This document shows, piece by piece, positions 18,565 through 28,514 of a DNA stretch of 56,232 nt. Both the position numbers and the translations under genes were made by a program. The notes beneath the pieces were generated by a model, which worked only from the letters and a program-made list of their open reading frames with translations, ran no database searches and was not told the DNA's origin. The stretch spans positions 1 through 56,232 of the IMG/VR virus record IMGVR_UViG_3300028027_000068, one strand, 5' to 3'. Positions within the stretch are counted from its first letter, which is position 1; every line of letters starts with the position of its first letter. The DNA is from a virus. Taxonomy: Duplodnaviria > Caudoviricetes.

Positions 18565-18746
18565 GATTCGTATCCAAAATAGCTATTAAGTGCCTTTGTT
18601 ACGATTTCCGCGCGCGCGCGAGAGACTCCACGCATCCAGTATTCAGCTGTCTTGTCGTCATGAAGAAGGATTACGTCACCCCATTCTTCTTTTTCATCGT
18701 CGTCGAATACGAATGATTTTTCGTGAAATATTAGTATGAACTTCAT
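18561..18746 (-). CDS. Hypothetical protein
   Basis: Likely start MKFILIF behind AAGGA. Confidence 0.5.
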   Translation of the reverse strand: MKFILIFHEKSFVFDDDEKEEWGDVILLHDDKTAEYWMRGVSRARAEIVTKALNSYFGYES

Positions 18747-18756
18747 TTTTTCCTTT

Positions 18757-19191
18757 TTAAGCATCATATTTTTGATTAGTGAGCATATCAAGCACATCTT
18801 CCGGAAATATCAAAAACCCCTTTGCAGGGTTGTCGCTTCCAGCAGCAAACATGCGCTTTGTACCCTCGTTAAATTTATCTGTATTAGAGCGTAAATAGCG
18901 CTTTAAACGGTCTACGGCTATTACGTGAAAAGCTCCATCTAGGGCGTACTGGTACACCCACCACTTAGCTTTTGTCACGTTTATGCCTGAATCAATCCAG
19001 GTCCCATGGGCCCCTGGTTGCTGCTGGGTTTCGACTGCCATGCGGCCATTCCGGTATCGGTCCGACTTGACCTCGAAAGAACCACTGGAAATATCGACCA
19101 AAAAATCGGAAATAAGACTCTCGCCCTTCTTCCCGTATTCCAGGTCCTTTCGCCAGTTCGGTTGCGGTATGTCGTAATCGTTGAATTTCAT
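18757..19191 (-). CDS. PD-(D/E)xK-like nuclease-fold phage protein
   Basis: G..GE, FEVKSD, AVET, SGINVTKAKWW motifs. Confidence 0.6.
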   Translation of the reverse strand: MKFNDYDIPQPNWRKDLEYGKKGESLISDFLVDISSGSFEVKSDRYRNGRMAVETQQQPGAHGTWIDSGINVTKAKWWVYQYALDGAFHVIAVDRLKRYLRSNTDKFNEGTKRMFAAGSDNPAKGFLIFPEDVLDMLTNQKYDA

Positions 19192-19335
19192 TTTCTTCCG
19201 TAACTAATTTCATCTGTTCTTTGCAGACTGGGCACCTGCCTATTCCTCGCACAATATGTGCGGTGTGTACTGGCCAGTATCGACAGCACTTAAGAAACTT
19301 GAGTGGACCATACTCAACTTCCATGCTTTCAAAAC

Positions 19336-19572
19336 TCATGCTGTGTCCACCCAGTCCCACGACCAGACACTAAATGGGTGTAGTCCAATACGAGAGGCAA
19401 GCCTGTCTGCCTCATATGGGTCAAGCTTTATTTGGGGCCGGCGAATCCACTTATTTATGGTCTTTTCCGGCATGTACAGGACGGCTGCAGCTTCTTCGGC
19501 AGTCAGCTCTGGCCCCATACTGTTGAGCAAGCGTCCAACATCAAGACGCGGTTTATTAGTCCTGCGCAGCAT
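19336..19572 (-). CDS. HTH DNA-binding protein
   Basis: AEEAAAVLYMPEKTINKW helix-turn-helix; ADRLA..IGLHP..VW. Confidence 0.65.
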   Translation of the reverse strand: MLRRTNKPRLDVGRLLNSMGPELTAEEAAAVLYMPEKTINKWIRRPQIKLDPYEADRLASRIGLHPFSVWSWDWVDTA

Positions 19573-19612
19573 GTTTTTCAGTCTTTAATATAAATCGTAA
19601 GGTCATGGACAC

Positions 19613-19641
19613 AAAGTAGTCCGAAGCCACACTGGTGTCAA
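19613..19641 (-). promoter_or_regulatory. Sigma70-type promoter
   Basis: TTGACA-17-TACTTT upstream of the HTH gene and thyX operon. Confidence 0.6.
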
Positions 19642-19800
19642 TAGGCATAACGCAACGCGTTAGCAAATATTAGGAGTACTGAACAACTCCGGCAGGCGCA
19701 GTTCTTGCTGTGAGGGCTTGAATAGCAAGAGTAAGCTCTTTAATAGCTATTTCAATTGAGGCAAGACGCTCATTAATTAGTTCGAGTTCATGTGAATAGC

Positions 19801-20031
19801 TCATTTGGAACCCCTTGATTTTTTGCTGTTAGCTTTAATCTTCTTAGCCAATTCTTCAACTGAGTTTTTGGCGCTAGAAAAGTTTAGCGCAACAGTGGCG
19901 TCTTCTGCCTGAACATCCTTAATGCCATTAGCTTCTATGTAGTCCATATAGGAATTACGCCAAAAACGTTGTACAGCGGCAGCCATTTGGTCGCCTTCTT
20001 TTTGGTTTTCTGGAGATTTAGCTGGGGTCAT
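19801..20031 (-). CDS. Hypothetical protein
   Basis: 76 aa, ATGA-coupled to the 1806 aa gene. Confidence 0.55.
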   Translation of the reverse strand: MTPAKSPENQKEGDQMAAAVQRFWRNSYMDYIEANGIKDVQAEDATVALNFSSAKNSVEELAKKIKANSKKSRGSK

Positions 20032-23000
20032 GGCCAGGTGCTTCCGGTTAGGTAGTTGGATAATTCGGGAAATGCTCTTGCGAGTATTGCTCGTTGATTG
20101 AAACTGAGCAAGTTTCTAGTCACTCTACTTGGAGAAAGTGCTGCAGTCAAAGTTTCTGATAACCATTCGGGAGGAGAGCTTGCTGCATAATCGCTGACGG
20201 AATCTTTAAGCATCATGTTTACAAAGCTCAGGTCAATACCGGCAGCAGACTGCCAACTTGGTTTGTTAAGCAGAGACAGAATAACATGCGCATCCTGGGC
20301 GTCTTGATTTTTAGGGTCTGCTTCTATGTCGAGTTTTGCTTTAGCTAAAGCGTTGTTGTGTATCGAGTGGGACGCCTCGTGCCGCAATACCGTCACAGGG
20401 CTACCCTCGTCAATAACCGCAGGCCTAGAGAACTTGCTCATTCTTTGTGTAGCAAGAACCTCGGTGTACCGCGTAATCATACTTAATGGGTCGTCTGGAA
20501 ATCTGTCTATGAAAAACTCCGGGCTGATTCCCCAATGCCCGCGAAGCAACAGTTCAGGGTCTTGGAGAGCATCGTTTACTTGTGCTCCCTTGGGAATAAA
20601 AGAACTACTACCAACCGGGAGTATTGCAGAAATACTACTGTTCATTAAAGTCACACCATTACCTGCTCCAGGCATGTTTTGTGCACGCACTTCTGAGTTG
20701 GGGAAAAACTTGGGCTTACCATCTGCTCCAGTTATTTCTTGAGCAGAGAAAATTGCAAACTGTGGAAATCCGTAAGTGTTGGCAAGAAGGTACATTTCCG
20801 GAGAGGCCATATACATCATCTCAATGTTGTACTGAAGCTGCTGTAAATGCCATGGGTTAAAATCCGGAGCGTAGTTGTTTAACCTTTTAGACAGGTATGT
20901 TTCTGCAGATATTCTTTGCTCGGCATTTACCATTGCTATGTACTGAGCCTTAGTCATCGGGCTTCCATCTGGATTTATGGCAGCAGGGTCTGCCTTCCAC
21001 TTATTGCTTTGGTTAATGTCGGCTAGGCGTTTAATAAAAACGGGATTGCGCTGAACATAGTTTTGCATTGCTCGTTCGCGAAGCGACTGCATGTCTTGAG
21101 CTATGAGGCCTTTTGTTATTTCGCGTATGTCGCCTAAACGTCCTAGATATTTTTCTTGAACTTTTGTTCCCATAGAGCCAGTAATTTTGGAACTCCTGCC
21201 CAGGTTTTTTTCAAATGTTCCTGTGATGGGGTTAAAGGTTTCAACCTGCTCAAGGGTGATTTTTTTAACTTTTGTTCGCTGTCCGTTGCGCTCTATGTAG
21301 TCAGTTGATGTTCTAACATACTTAAATCTTCCTTGCGTCACCTGCTCTGTAACGTCTGTAACCCATTCGCCACCGATGTTAAATTGATGCATATACTCCT
21401 CACCAGCAGCATCGCCAGTACGGGCTCCTGGGACTATCTCTAGTATTACTCCAGGGGTTGTGTCACCATCTACGCCAATTGCATACATTTTTGCTGTTTG
21501 CAGGTCTGAGGTAAAAGCCGACAACGGCAAAGTTATTATTTCGCCAGCTGAAAGATTCATCACCTGGTCCCCGGGAGTAACGTTTGAAAGCCCTCTATAT
21601 ATAGGGCGCATGTTCACTTCTTTACCACTATTAATGTAATTAAGACCTATGAAAGCATCACGAATAGCCCTACGAGCATCGTTCATTTCCGAACGAGAAA
21701 TATTCGGCGTTGTTCCGTTGCCAAGAAGGTCGTGAACGTGTGTGCCTTCATCGTCTCCCATGTATCCAGCAGAGCTTGGAAGAGGTTCACCCATTAGTGC
21801 AGCAGAAGCAAGACGCATGCCGTAGTTGCCGCGCCATCCAACCCATTCATCGTATGCATCTACCCACTCTGTATATTCATTAGGGTTTACATCAAAAGTA
21901 AAATCCAAATCTCCGTACTTCACGGTGACTGTTGAGTTTTTATTATCTTTTTTGACTACATCTATAGATGTTGTAATCTTTTTACCCTTAGTGGGATTTT
22001 CGTTAGCCATTGCGCCAGTAATAACTCCCGGCGTTTTGATTGTTTCACCACGTGCTGGAGGAGTGTCGGCATCTGTTTTTGGCAGTTTTGACCTTCTGTT
22101 TGCCCTAAGGGAAGACGGCTCAGTAGGCAGTACTGAAGAACTTGTAGCTCTTCTTCGTAGCTCTGCTCTGGTAAAGTTTTTTCCACGCCTAGGTGGAGTT
22201 ACTATCTCTGTTGGGTCAACGGGGTACTCGTCCTGAAATGCAAACCCACCTTCGTTTCTTCCTCCCGGTCGTGTTCTTGCCAGTACGTATTCATTAGCCC
22301 CAGTCGTGCTTAGGATTCTGTTTACAGTAGATACAGATATCTTATTACGTGCTGCAATTTCTTTTTGAGTAAACTGAGTAGACAAAAAGTCACGTACTAC
22401 GTCACGTTCTAATTTTTCTTTAGCGGCCCACCAGTCTGAAGACACTGCTCCAGATATTTTTCTTGTCTCTCTGCGTGCTGTTGTTTTGTTGGTCTTTGGC
22501 TTTGGTTTTCCAATTGAGCCTGACAGCTTTTGTTGAGCTGATTCTCTACGAGCCATAGCTTCGTGATATTTAGTCCAGTCCCTACCTCTGTCATACATTC
22601 CTCCATGATAAGCAATTGATTCCTCGCTGTAAGCAGGACGAGCTCCTAAGACTTTTATTTTGTCTTCATCAAAAACAATTACGTGACTTGACTCTGCTCC
22701 ATCTCCTGGAGTGTTAATCCAAACAATTCCATCGTGACCAGCGGCTCGTGCTAAAAGATTTAATTCTTGTGTGGCCAACCCGCCTGCATCAGAATGCATA
22801 TTTATTTTTCCGCCATTAACTATTTCTTCATAGTATTTAATTTGCTCAGGGCTTGGTTCGTATTTAAAGGTTATTTTTACTCCAGCAGGAGAATCGTCTC
22901 CACCTTTAGCCACGTCTAGCAAGAGTTTGTACAAACCGCGTACTTTTTCTGTACCTCCTAGTTGTTTTATGTACTCTTCTTGCCTTTCCTCGAGTGTGGC

Positions 23001-25448
23001 AGCCCTATTTTTTCTTTCTTTAGAATCATCCGGATACCATTCATGTGTGGTATTTTCGTCAGGCTCAAGTACTCCGACATTTACAACTATGGGGTTTTCT
23101 AGCTCGAGTCTTGCCACGAGTCGTCTTATTTTCTTCAGCTCCTCTGTCGAGTTGCGGTGTAAATCTTCACCATAAGCTTCGGCCATATAGGGGTCGCCAT
23201 CAAAAGAAAAATTTCCGCCTCGGCCAAAATTTCCAGAACCTCTGATTTCGTACTTCTTTGATTTTATTATTGATTCAATGTCTGCTTCACTAGTTGAATG
23301 TAGGCCTAGTATTTTTACCGGCTTTCCAGTTTCTAAGTCGTAAGAATATACTGGATGATTTTTGTAATTGACAGAAGGCTCAGCGTGCCCTTCTCCAAGT
23401 TCAGGGTCGTCTACAACAGGCCAGCCACCCCAAAAACCAATACTCTTGCCAACTGCTTCGGCATCTAAGTCTAATTTAGGGTCGTCTATATAATCAAGAA
23501 TTGACTTTGTTGGTTTCGGAGTTGTGCCAATAGAGCCCTTTAATCCTGTTGAAGACCTAGGTATTGTCATCCGTCCGTCTTCATCTGGCAGTCGATACTT
23601 GACTAAGGTTTTAAGCACCTCTCCTGGCTTAGAATTTCTTTCTTTCGCCAACTCGACAACCGTCTTGCCGGCGTCATACATGTCAAGTAGTTCTTGGTCA
23701 TCTTTTGGAATCTCGATTGATGAATCCCTGGTTGCAGTTGTTCTCTTGCGACCTTTTTGCGCAGACACAATATTGGAAACCCTATTTATGGTCATTCCTT
23801 CTATTTCTGCTATTTCTCTAGTCGTCTTTCCGGCATTGTGTGCGTCAAGGATACGCTTAGCTCGTTCGGGATTCGGCTTCCAACGCGGCTCTTCTGTTAT
23901 TTCGCCACGTTTGCGTGCTTGATTTAGGGCCCAGCCAACTCCCTGTACGGTTGTTCCTTCTGCTTCGGCTATATTCTTGCGACTTTCACCAGCTTTATAC
24001 CTTTGAACAATTCGCTTATCACGTTCTGTCATCTGTGCTGTTCTTGCCATTGCTCCAGTAACGCGAGAAGGTTTGGGGACACGTGGTGCTCCCGGTCTTT
24101 CAAAACGTGTTGCGTCTTGTACTTTTCCGTCGCCGTCGGCATCTATAGCATTAGGGTCAAACCGGTCAGGGTTATTTAGTTTGCGTAGAGACTTTTCATC
24201 AACGGGAACGTTTGCGCGCTTTTTTACAAAAGACGAATGCATTTGTCCTGTTTCCACAATATTGTTATCCACCATTGAGTGGAGATATGCAACCGCACGT
24301 TTTCTGATTGTTTTAGGCTCTTCAGATAGTGATTTTGTCTTAGGTCGAGAGTAAGTAATAGGGTCATCTATGCCGATTATTTGCCTCATTGTGTCTCTGT
24401 CTATCCACGCATCACGTTTTTCTTGGATTATTTCCCAAATCAATCTTTTGGCTTCTTGGGCTGTTTTAATTCCTCTTTTTTCGTCAACTTCTTCCCATGC
24501 CGCAAGTTGAGATGTCATTATTCTGTCAAAGAACCCCCATGCTACTTGGTCGATTATTTCGTCATCGCCTTCACTCACTGTTTCAGCAGCATGAACCATT
24601 GCTAAATAGTTAGCCCACTCTCCGTGCCTATCAAAGCCACGCCCGGTTCCAAGATGTCCGTAAAAGTCATGCATGACTTGTACGTATTCCATCTGATACA
24701 TCTCTGTGCCAAACATCATGTCGTTTGAAAGTCTTAAAAAACGTTCGTATATTGCATCAAATGGATGGAAAGGCGTACCTGGCATATATTGTTCGCCAAG
24801 AGATTCACGCATATCGCTATATTCGCTGCGTGGAAGAAACAGGCCATTGTCGGCTTTTTTGTACAACTTCTCACTGATTGTTTCGGCGTACGCGCGTTTC
24901 TCATTTTTGTTTTCTTTAAGATTTTCAAGAATAGCTTTATACATTCGTATTCTTGCTTCAGACGAGGGAATCCTTACGTTAGAAAAATCCCCATCAAAAC
25001 CAATCAATTCTCTTATCTCGGGGATAGGGGGAGCAACGATTGTAAAAATACCATCAGGTGACGGTTCGATTTTTATACCATTGACTAGGTCCATTATTCG
25101 TTTTTCGGACCATTGTCCTTTTGGGGTTACGTTTCTAATTCTAGAACGTTCAAAAAGTTCACGGTCTCCGCCGGCCATCTCAAATATAACCGAAGGTATT
25201 TTTTCCGGCGCTAAGTCATATAAGGATGGGTCCTTGATTAAAGCATCTATTATTTCAGGCACGGGTTGATTAATGTCAAAAGGCTTTGACATAGCCCCAC
25301 TAATAGTTCTTGCTGTTGCAGGGCGCTCAAACCTAGTTAGCTCTTGAACAATGCCGTCGTTGTCTCCATCTATGGCGTCCGGGTCGAACGCTTCTAATCT
25401 AGATGCACGACCTATTGTTGGAAGTTTTTTAATAACGCGGCGTGGCAT
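20028..25448 (-). CDS. Giant polyvalent protein: two FDP tags, zincin-like domain, HTH repeats, two ADP-ribosyltransferase-like domains, C-terminal HExxH peptidase
   Basis: MHDFYGH; HST...FGRG.NF...GHDGI...VIVF; YRGL...LSAFT...EQV; RHEASH...SDYA...PEWLSE. Confidence 0.75.
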   Translation of the reverse strand: MPRRVIKKLPTIGRASRLEAFDPDAIDGDNDGIVQELTRFERPATARTISGAMSKPFDINQPVPEIIDALIKDPSLYDLAPEKIPSVIFEMAGGDRELFERSRIRNVTPKGQWSEKRIMDLVNGIKIEPSPDGIFTIVAPPIPEIRELIGFDGDFSNVRIPSSEARIRMYKAILENLKENKNEKRAYAETISEKLYKKADNGLFLPRSEYSDMRESLGEQYMPGTPFHPFDAIYERFLRLSNDMMFGTEMYQMEYVQVMHDFYGHLGTGRGFDRHGEWANYLAMVHAAETVSEGDDEIIDQVAWGFFDRIMTSQLAAWEEVDEKRGIKTAQEAKRLIWEIIQEKRDAWIDRDTMRQIIGIDDPITYSRPKTKSLSEEPKTIRKRAVAYLHSMVDNNIVETGQMHSSFVKKRANVPVDEKSLRKLNNPDRFDPNAIDADGDGKVQDATRFERPGAPRVPKPSRVTGAMARTAQMTERDKRIVQRYKAGESRKNIAEAEGTTVQGVGWALNQARKRGEITEEPRWKPNPERAKRILDAHNAGKTTREIAEIEGMTINRVSNIVSAQKGRKRTTATRDSSIEIPKDDQELLDMYDAGKTVVELAKERNSKPGEVLKTLVKYRLPDEDGRMTIPRSSTGLKGSIGTTPKPTKSILDYIDDPKLDLDAEAVGKSIGFWGGWPVVDDPELGEGHAEPSVNYKNHPVYSYDLETGKPVKILGLHSTSEADIESIIKSKKYEIRGSGNFGRGGNFSFDGDPYMAEAYGEDLHRNSTEELKKIRRLVARLELENPIVVNVGVLEPDENTTHEWYPDDSKERKNRAATLEERQEEYIKQLGGTEKVRGLYKLLLDVAKGGDDSPAGVKITFKYEPSPEQIKYYEEIVNGGKINMHSDAGGLATQELNLLARAAGHDGIVWINTPGDGAESSHVIVFDEDKIKVLGARPAYSEESIAYHGGMYDRGRDWTKYHEAMARRESAQQKLSGSIGKPKPKTNKTTARRETRKISGAVSSDWWAAKEKLERDVVRDFLSTQFTQKEIAARNKISVSTVNRILSTTGANEYVLARTRPGGRNEGGFAFQDEYPVDPTEIVTPPRRGKNFTRAELRRRATSSSVLPTEPSSLRANRRSKLPKTDADTPPARGETIKTPGVITGAMANENPTKGKKITTSIDVVKKDNKNSTVTVKYGDLDFTFDVNPNEYTEWVDAYDEWVGWRGNYGMRLASAALMGEPLPSSAGYMGDDEGTHVHDLLGNGTTPNISRSEMNDARRAIRDAFIGLNYINSGKEVNMRPIYRGLSNVTPGDQVMNLSAGEIITLPLSAFTSDLQTAKMYAIGVDGDTTPGVILEIVPGARTGDAAGEEYMHQFNIGGEWVTDVTEQVTQGRFKYVRTSTDYIERNGQRTKVKKITLEQVETFNPITGTFEKNLGRSSKITGSMGTKVQEKYLGRLGDIREITKGLIAQDMQSLRERAMQNYVQRNPVFIKRLADINQSNKWKADPAAINPDGSPMTKAQYIAMVNAEQRISAETYLSKRLNNYAPDFNPWHLQQLQYNIEMMYMASPEMYLLANTYGFPQFAIFSAQEITGADGKPKFFPNSEVRAQNMPGAGNGVTLMNSSISAILPVGSSSFIPKGAQVNDALQDPELLLRGHWGISPEFFIDRFPDDPLSMITRYTEVLATQRMSKFSRPAVIDEGSPVTVLRHEASHSIHNNALAKAKLDIEADPKNQDAQDAHVILSLLNKPSWQSAAGIDLSFVNMMLKDSVSDYAASSPPEWLSETLTAALSPSRVTRNLLSFNQRAILARAFPELSNYLTGSTWP

Positions 25449-25714
25449 GATGACAATTACTTTGAAACTATTCCGTCTGGAATTACAGCAAATCTACATT
25501 TACCATTCGGTTCAATAGCTGCAAGCTCGTCTATTTCTTTTGAAAAATCATTCATTTTATTACTCCGTAAGAAAACTAATACAACATTATCCCATGTGGA
25601 CAAAACCCCCGGGCACTCTTGTTAAACAAGAAATCCCCCGCCTTCAATAACAAGGACAAGGGATTTCCTGGATAAGCCCTAAGGTAGGCATGTTTTAATT
25701 ATGCCATAGATAGC

Positions 25715-25751
25715 AAAAACCCCGCCCACACCCGAAGGTATGAGCGGGGTT
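25715..25751 (-). terminator. Rho-independent terminator after the major capsid gene
   Basis: ccccgctcatacc-TTCG-ggtgtgggcgggg-ttttt (cUUCGg loop). Confidence 0.88.
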
Positions 25752-25765
25752 CCGCTTAATGCTTA

Positions 25766-27094
25766 TTAGGCTGCTACTGGAGCGTTGTCGAACGTTACAG
25801 AGACAAATGACTCTGGACGCTTGACAGCAAGCGCGAGGCGCTGCTCAGCAAGGATGACAATCGCGTTACGCACGAAGAAGTCTGCATGCTGTTCCGAAAT
25901 ACGGATGCTTGCTTGTTCACGGTCGTAAAGTTGAGCACCTGTACCGAATGCACCGATAAGAGCCTGGCCTACTGGCATTGCTGGAGTGTCCACGACAGGA
26001 ACGCGCCAAAGCTTTGGCTCGCCACCCATTGCAACCGAAACTGCGATGAGGTACTGACCGTTTGAGTCCTTGGTAAGTTCGATGTCTTCCCAGTCCTGTG
26101 GGTTCAAAACGACACCAGTTGGTTCGTAGTAAGCCAACAGGGCAAGAGTTGCGGCACGGCGGATTGCATCAGCCTTTGTGTCTGCAACTGGTGCTGTTGC
26201 ACCGTCTGACCAGTCGTATGTCTGAATACCGGTGGTGTTCAAGATTCCGTTAAGGTTTTCGCCAATGCCGTCACCTTGAAGGATTTGGTAATCCTCTTGG
26301 AGACGAAGTCCGTAAAGGAGTTCATTGTCGATGATTGAACGCAATTGTGGCTCGTCAGCAAGCACGTTGCGGTGCGCTGCTTCCCAGTGAGCGAGTGTGC
26401 GGACAGGAGCCTGCTCACCAACGAACTGGAATGACGATTGTGGCTTAGCAGCAAATGCTGCACCATTACGCTCAGCTACGGTTCCGGCGTTGTTTACTGC
26501 AGTGGTACCTGGTGTTGTGAAACCGAGCATACGGAAGTACTCGATAACAGCAGCAGTTGTGGTGCGTGCAGGGAACAAGTCGCGAACGCGCTTTGTACGT
26601 GTTGGAGGCGTGACCATAGGGTCACGCTGGACTGTGCCGAATGAACCAGGGTTACCTGAAGGAAGCGCCGAGTAGACGTCCTTTACGTTGAATCCGGCAT
26701 TTGCAACACTGCTGTTCAATACGAACGGTGAAGCCATGTTTGCGCCATTACGACCACCCTGAAGGGACTTGAACTCTGGTGAGTCAAGGAACATTTGACC
26801 AAGAGACTTGGCTTCTGCTGGACGGAATTGTGCACTTGCATCAAATGAGCTGGATACTGAGCTCTGTGGCTCTGAGCCCCACTGCTCAACTGACTTCATT
26901 TGCTCAAGGCCATCAATGAGGCTCTTGATTTCGCGGATGTCCGACATATTGCGGTCGAACGCTGACTTCTGCTCAGAGGAAACGACAACAATGCCGTCCT
27001 CTATCTTAAATGAGTCTGCGATGGTCTTGTTGTCGGCCATCTTTACTCGGAGTGCGCTCTGAAGCTCACTCAATCTTGATTCGTCAAATGACAT
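25766..27094 (-). CDS. Major capsid protein, HK97 fold with N-terminal delta domain
   Basis: AE....KPQS, TLAHW, LADEPQLRSIIDNEL, ILQGDG.GENL.GI, F.RN...ILAEQRLALAVKRPESF; AGGAG RBS. Confidence 0.95.
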   Translation of the reverse strand: MSFDESRLSELQSALRVKMADNKTIADSFKIEDGIVVVSSEQKSAFDRNMSDIREIKSLIDGLEQMKSVEQWGSEPQSSVSSSFDASAQFRPAEAKSLGQMFLDSPEFKSLQGGRNGANMASPFVLNSSVANAGFNVKDVYSALPSGNPGSFGTVQRDPMVTPPTRTKRVRDLFPARTTTAAVIEYFRMLGFTTPGTTAVNNAGTVAERNGAAFAAKPQSSFQFVGEQAPVRTLAHWEAAHRNVLADEPQLRSIIDNELLYGLRLQEDYQILQGDGIGENLNGILNTTGIQTYDWSDGATAPVADTKADAIRRAATLALLAYYEPTGVVLNPQDWEDIELTKDSNGQYLIAVSVAMGGEPKLWRVPVVDTPAMPVGQALIGAFGTGAQLYDREQASIRISEQHADFFVRNAIVILAEQRLALAVKRPESFVSVTFDNAPVAA

Positions 27095-27222
27095 GATTTT
27101 CTCCTAATAAGGTTGTTGAAAAATTGAATGACCTATTGGCTCAGGTCAGCACCCAGCTTTTAGTTCTCTTACAAATCTAACACGGCATTTTTGCCCCTAG
27201 TGAAACTATTGTAAGTATTTAG

Positions 27223-27411
27223 CTAGAAGACTACGTTTGCGTCTATGCCAGATTTGTACATCTTGTCGTATTCCGCGCGGAGTTGACGAAATAGTTCTTT
27301 GTTTTTTTCTGTTTCTTCTATGCCGGCATCAGCAAGGCTTGTATTTCGCGCAGCTGCAAGTGCTATTGACTCAACATTTATTGCGGTTTTTAAAATTTTT
27401 GAATCTGCCAT
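27223..27411 (-). CDS. Small hypothetical protein after zeta domain (possible antitoxin/chaperone)
   Basis: MADSKILK ORF begins right after the zeta stop. Confidence 0.45.
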   Translation of the reverse strand: MADSKILKTAINVESIALAAARNTSLADAGIEETEKNKELFRQLRAEYDKMYKSGIDANVVF

Positions 27412-27413
27412 GG

Positions 27414-28415
27414 TTACCATTTTGCCGTTCTTGGAGCCGTTGACCACCAGTTGGTACCCCCAAAGAATACAGCCAATGCTGTTTCGTCGTGTTCAAACTT
27501 TAAATCTTCAGCAAGGGATAGTTTCAAGATAATTCTTGGGTTCGTTGGGTCCGTAGTGTCAACAAGTGTTAAATCGTCTAAATATCCACTTCTCCAAAGT
27601 TGTGGAATTATGCCCTGAATATTACTGGCCATGGTGCTCACTATGCCGGAAGGGACTCCACGTCCAGTTTCTTCTTCTCGCTTTTTAACTCTTTGAACAA
27701 GTGTTTGAGTTGGAGCTAGGAAGTAATTTGCACTTATTCTGTATCCAGAATCGCGCATATCAGAAATTGTTTGATATCCGTTATTAAACTGGCCGCTTGT
27801 GTCGTAGATAATTGGTAACGCATTTGCTGCTGCATTAACTCTCAGTTCCTCAGCAATGTTTCTCGATTCCTGGTGAACGTATGAAGCCCCACCAGGCGTA
27901 AGGGTTGATAGGTGTCCCTGATACTCGGGTATTATTAATTTTGCATCGTCCGGGTCAACCATTACGCTGCGTCCATAAAGGCCGTCAATCACTCTTGCGG
28001 CATCTCCAGGGAGACTGTCTCTGTAAATTGTTCCCTCGGATATTTTTTCTGCCCAGTCCCTGAAAGTGCTCTTCATACTTGCCGACGAACCGCCGAGTAT
28101 GGAGAAGACCTTTTCATCTACATCATCAACTCTAAGTAATTTTACGCGAAGTATTTCGGCTTCTATATAGGGCACCCATATCTCTTTTTTTCTTACTGGG
28201 TCATTGGACGGCGTTCCACTTGGAAATATACGCATCATTGTGTCGAGGTCTGATTTGGTCATCACGTCCGGATGAGGTAAACCAAGCTTGTCATGAAGTG
28301 AATAGTCTGGTTGCCACTTACCGGAACGTGAGTTCCCGGGTGATTTGCCCTTACTTAAACCGCGACGTACGTTGTCGCGCATCTGGTCAATCTGCTCTTG
28401 ACTATAAAAAGCCAT
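27414..28415 (-). CDS. Zeta-toxin-family P-loop kinase domain, probably expressed as a -1 frameshift extension of 28502-30589
   Basis: LGGSSASMKST Walker A-like, VDPDDAK.IPEY, HQES, IYDTS, R..R....GRGVP; frame is open upstream to 28520. Confidence 0.8.
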   Translation of the reverse strand: MAFYSQEQIDQMRDNVRRGLSKGKSPGNSRSGKWQPDYSLHDKLGLPHPDVMTKSDLDTMMRIFPSGTPSNDPVRKKEIWVPYIEAEILRVKLLRVDDVDEKVFSILGGSSASMKSTFRDWAEKISEGTIYRDSLPGDAARVIDGLYGRSVMVDPDDAKLIIPEYQGHLSTLTPGGASYVHQESRNIAEELRVNAAANALPIIYDTSGQFNNGYQTISDMRDSGYRISANYFLAPTQTLVQRVKKREEETGRGVPSGIVSTMASNIQGIIPQLWRSGYLDDLTLVDTTDPTNPRIILKLSLAEDLKFEHDETALAVFFGGTNWWSTAPRTAKW

Positions 28416-28454
28416 AGCTCCAGACAGTTTTGGTTTTCTTGAATTTGGACCAAT

Positions 28455-28514
28455 CGCCCGACTTACTGCCGCTTCACTCTGTGCTGCCGGCAGGTCAGGC
28501 GTTATGCTTTTTTT
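28455..28514 (-). promoter_or_regulatory. Candidate programmed -1 ribosomal frameshift signal
   Basis: In-frame A AAA AAA (28514-28508), 6 nt spacer, hairpin cgcctgac-ctgccg...cggcag-taa-gtcgggcg (28501-28455). Confidence 0.7.

Noticed and set aside
28410-28427. GAM linkers as internal ribosome start sites (GGAG-ct-ATG)
   Set aside because: GGAG is only 2 nt from the ATG, and many copies have Ile or Val instead of Met with varied codons, pointing to protein-level selection
28455-28501. Hairpin read as a rho-independent terminator
   Set aside because: No U tract on the coding strand, and the -1 frame through it encodes the conserved LSGAM linker
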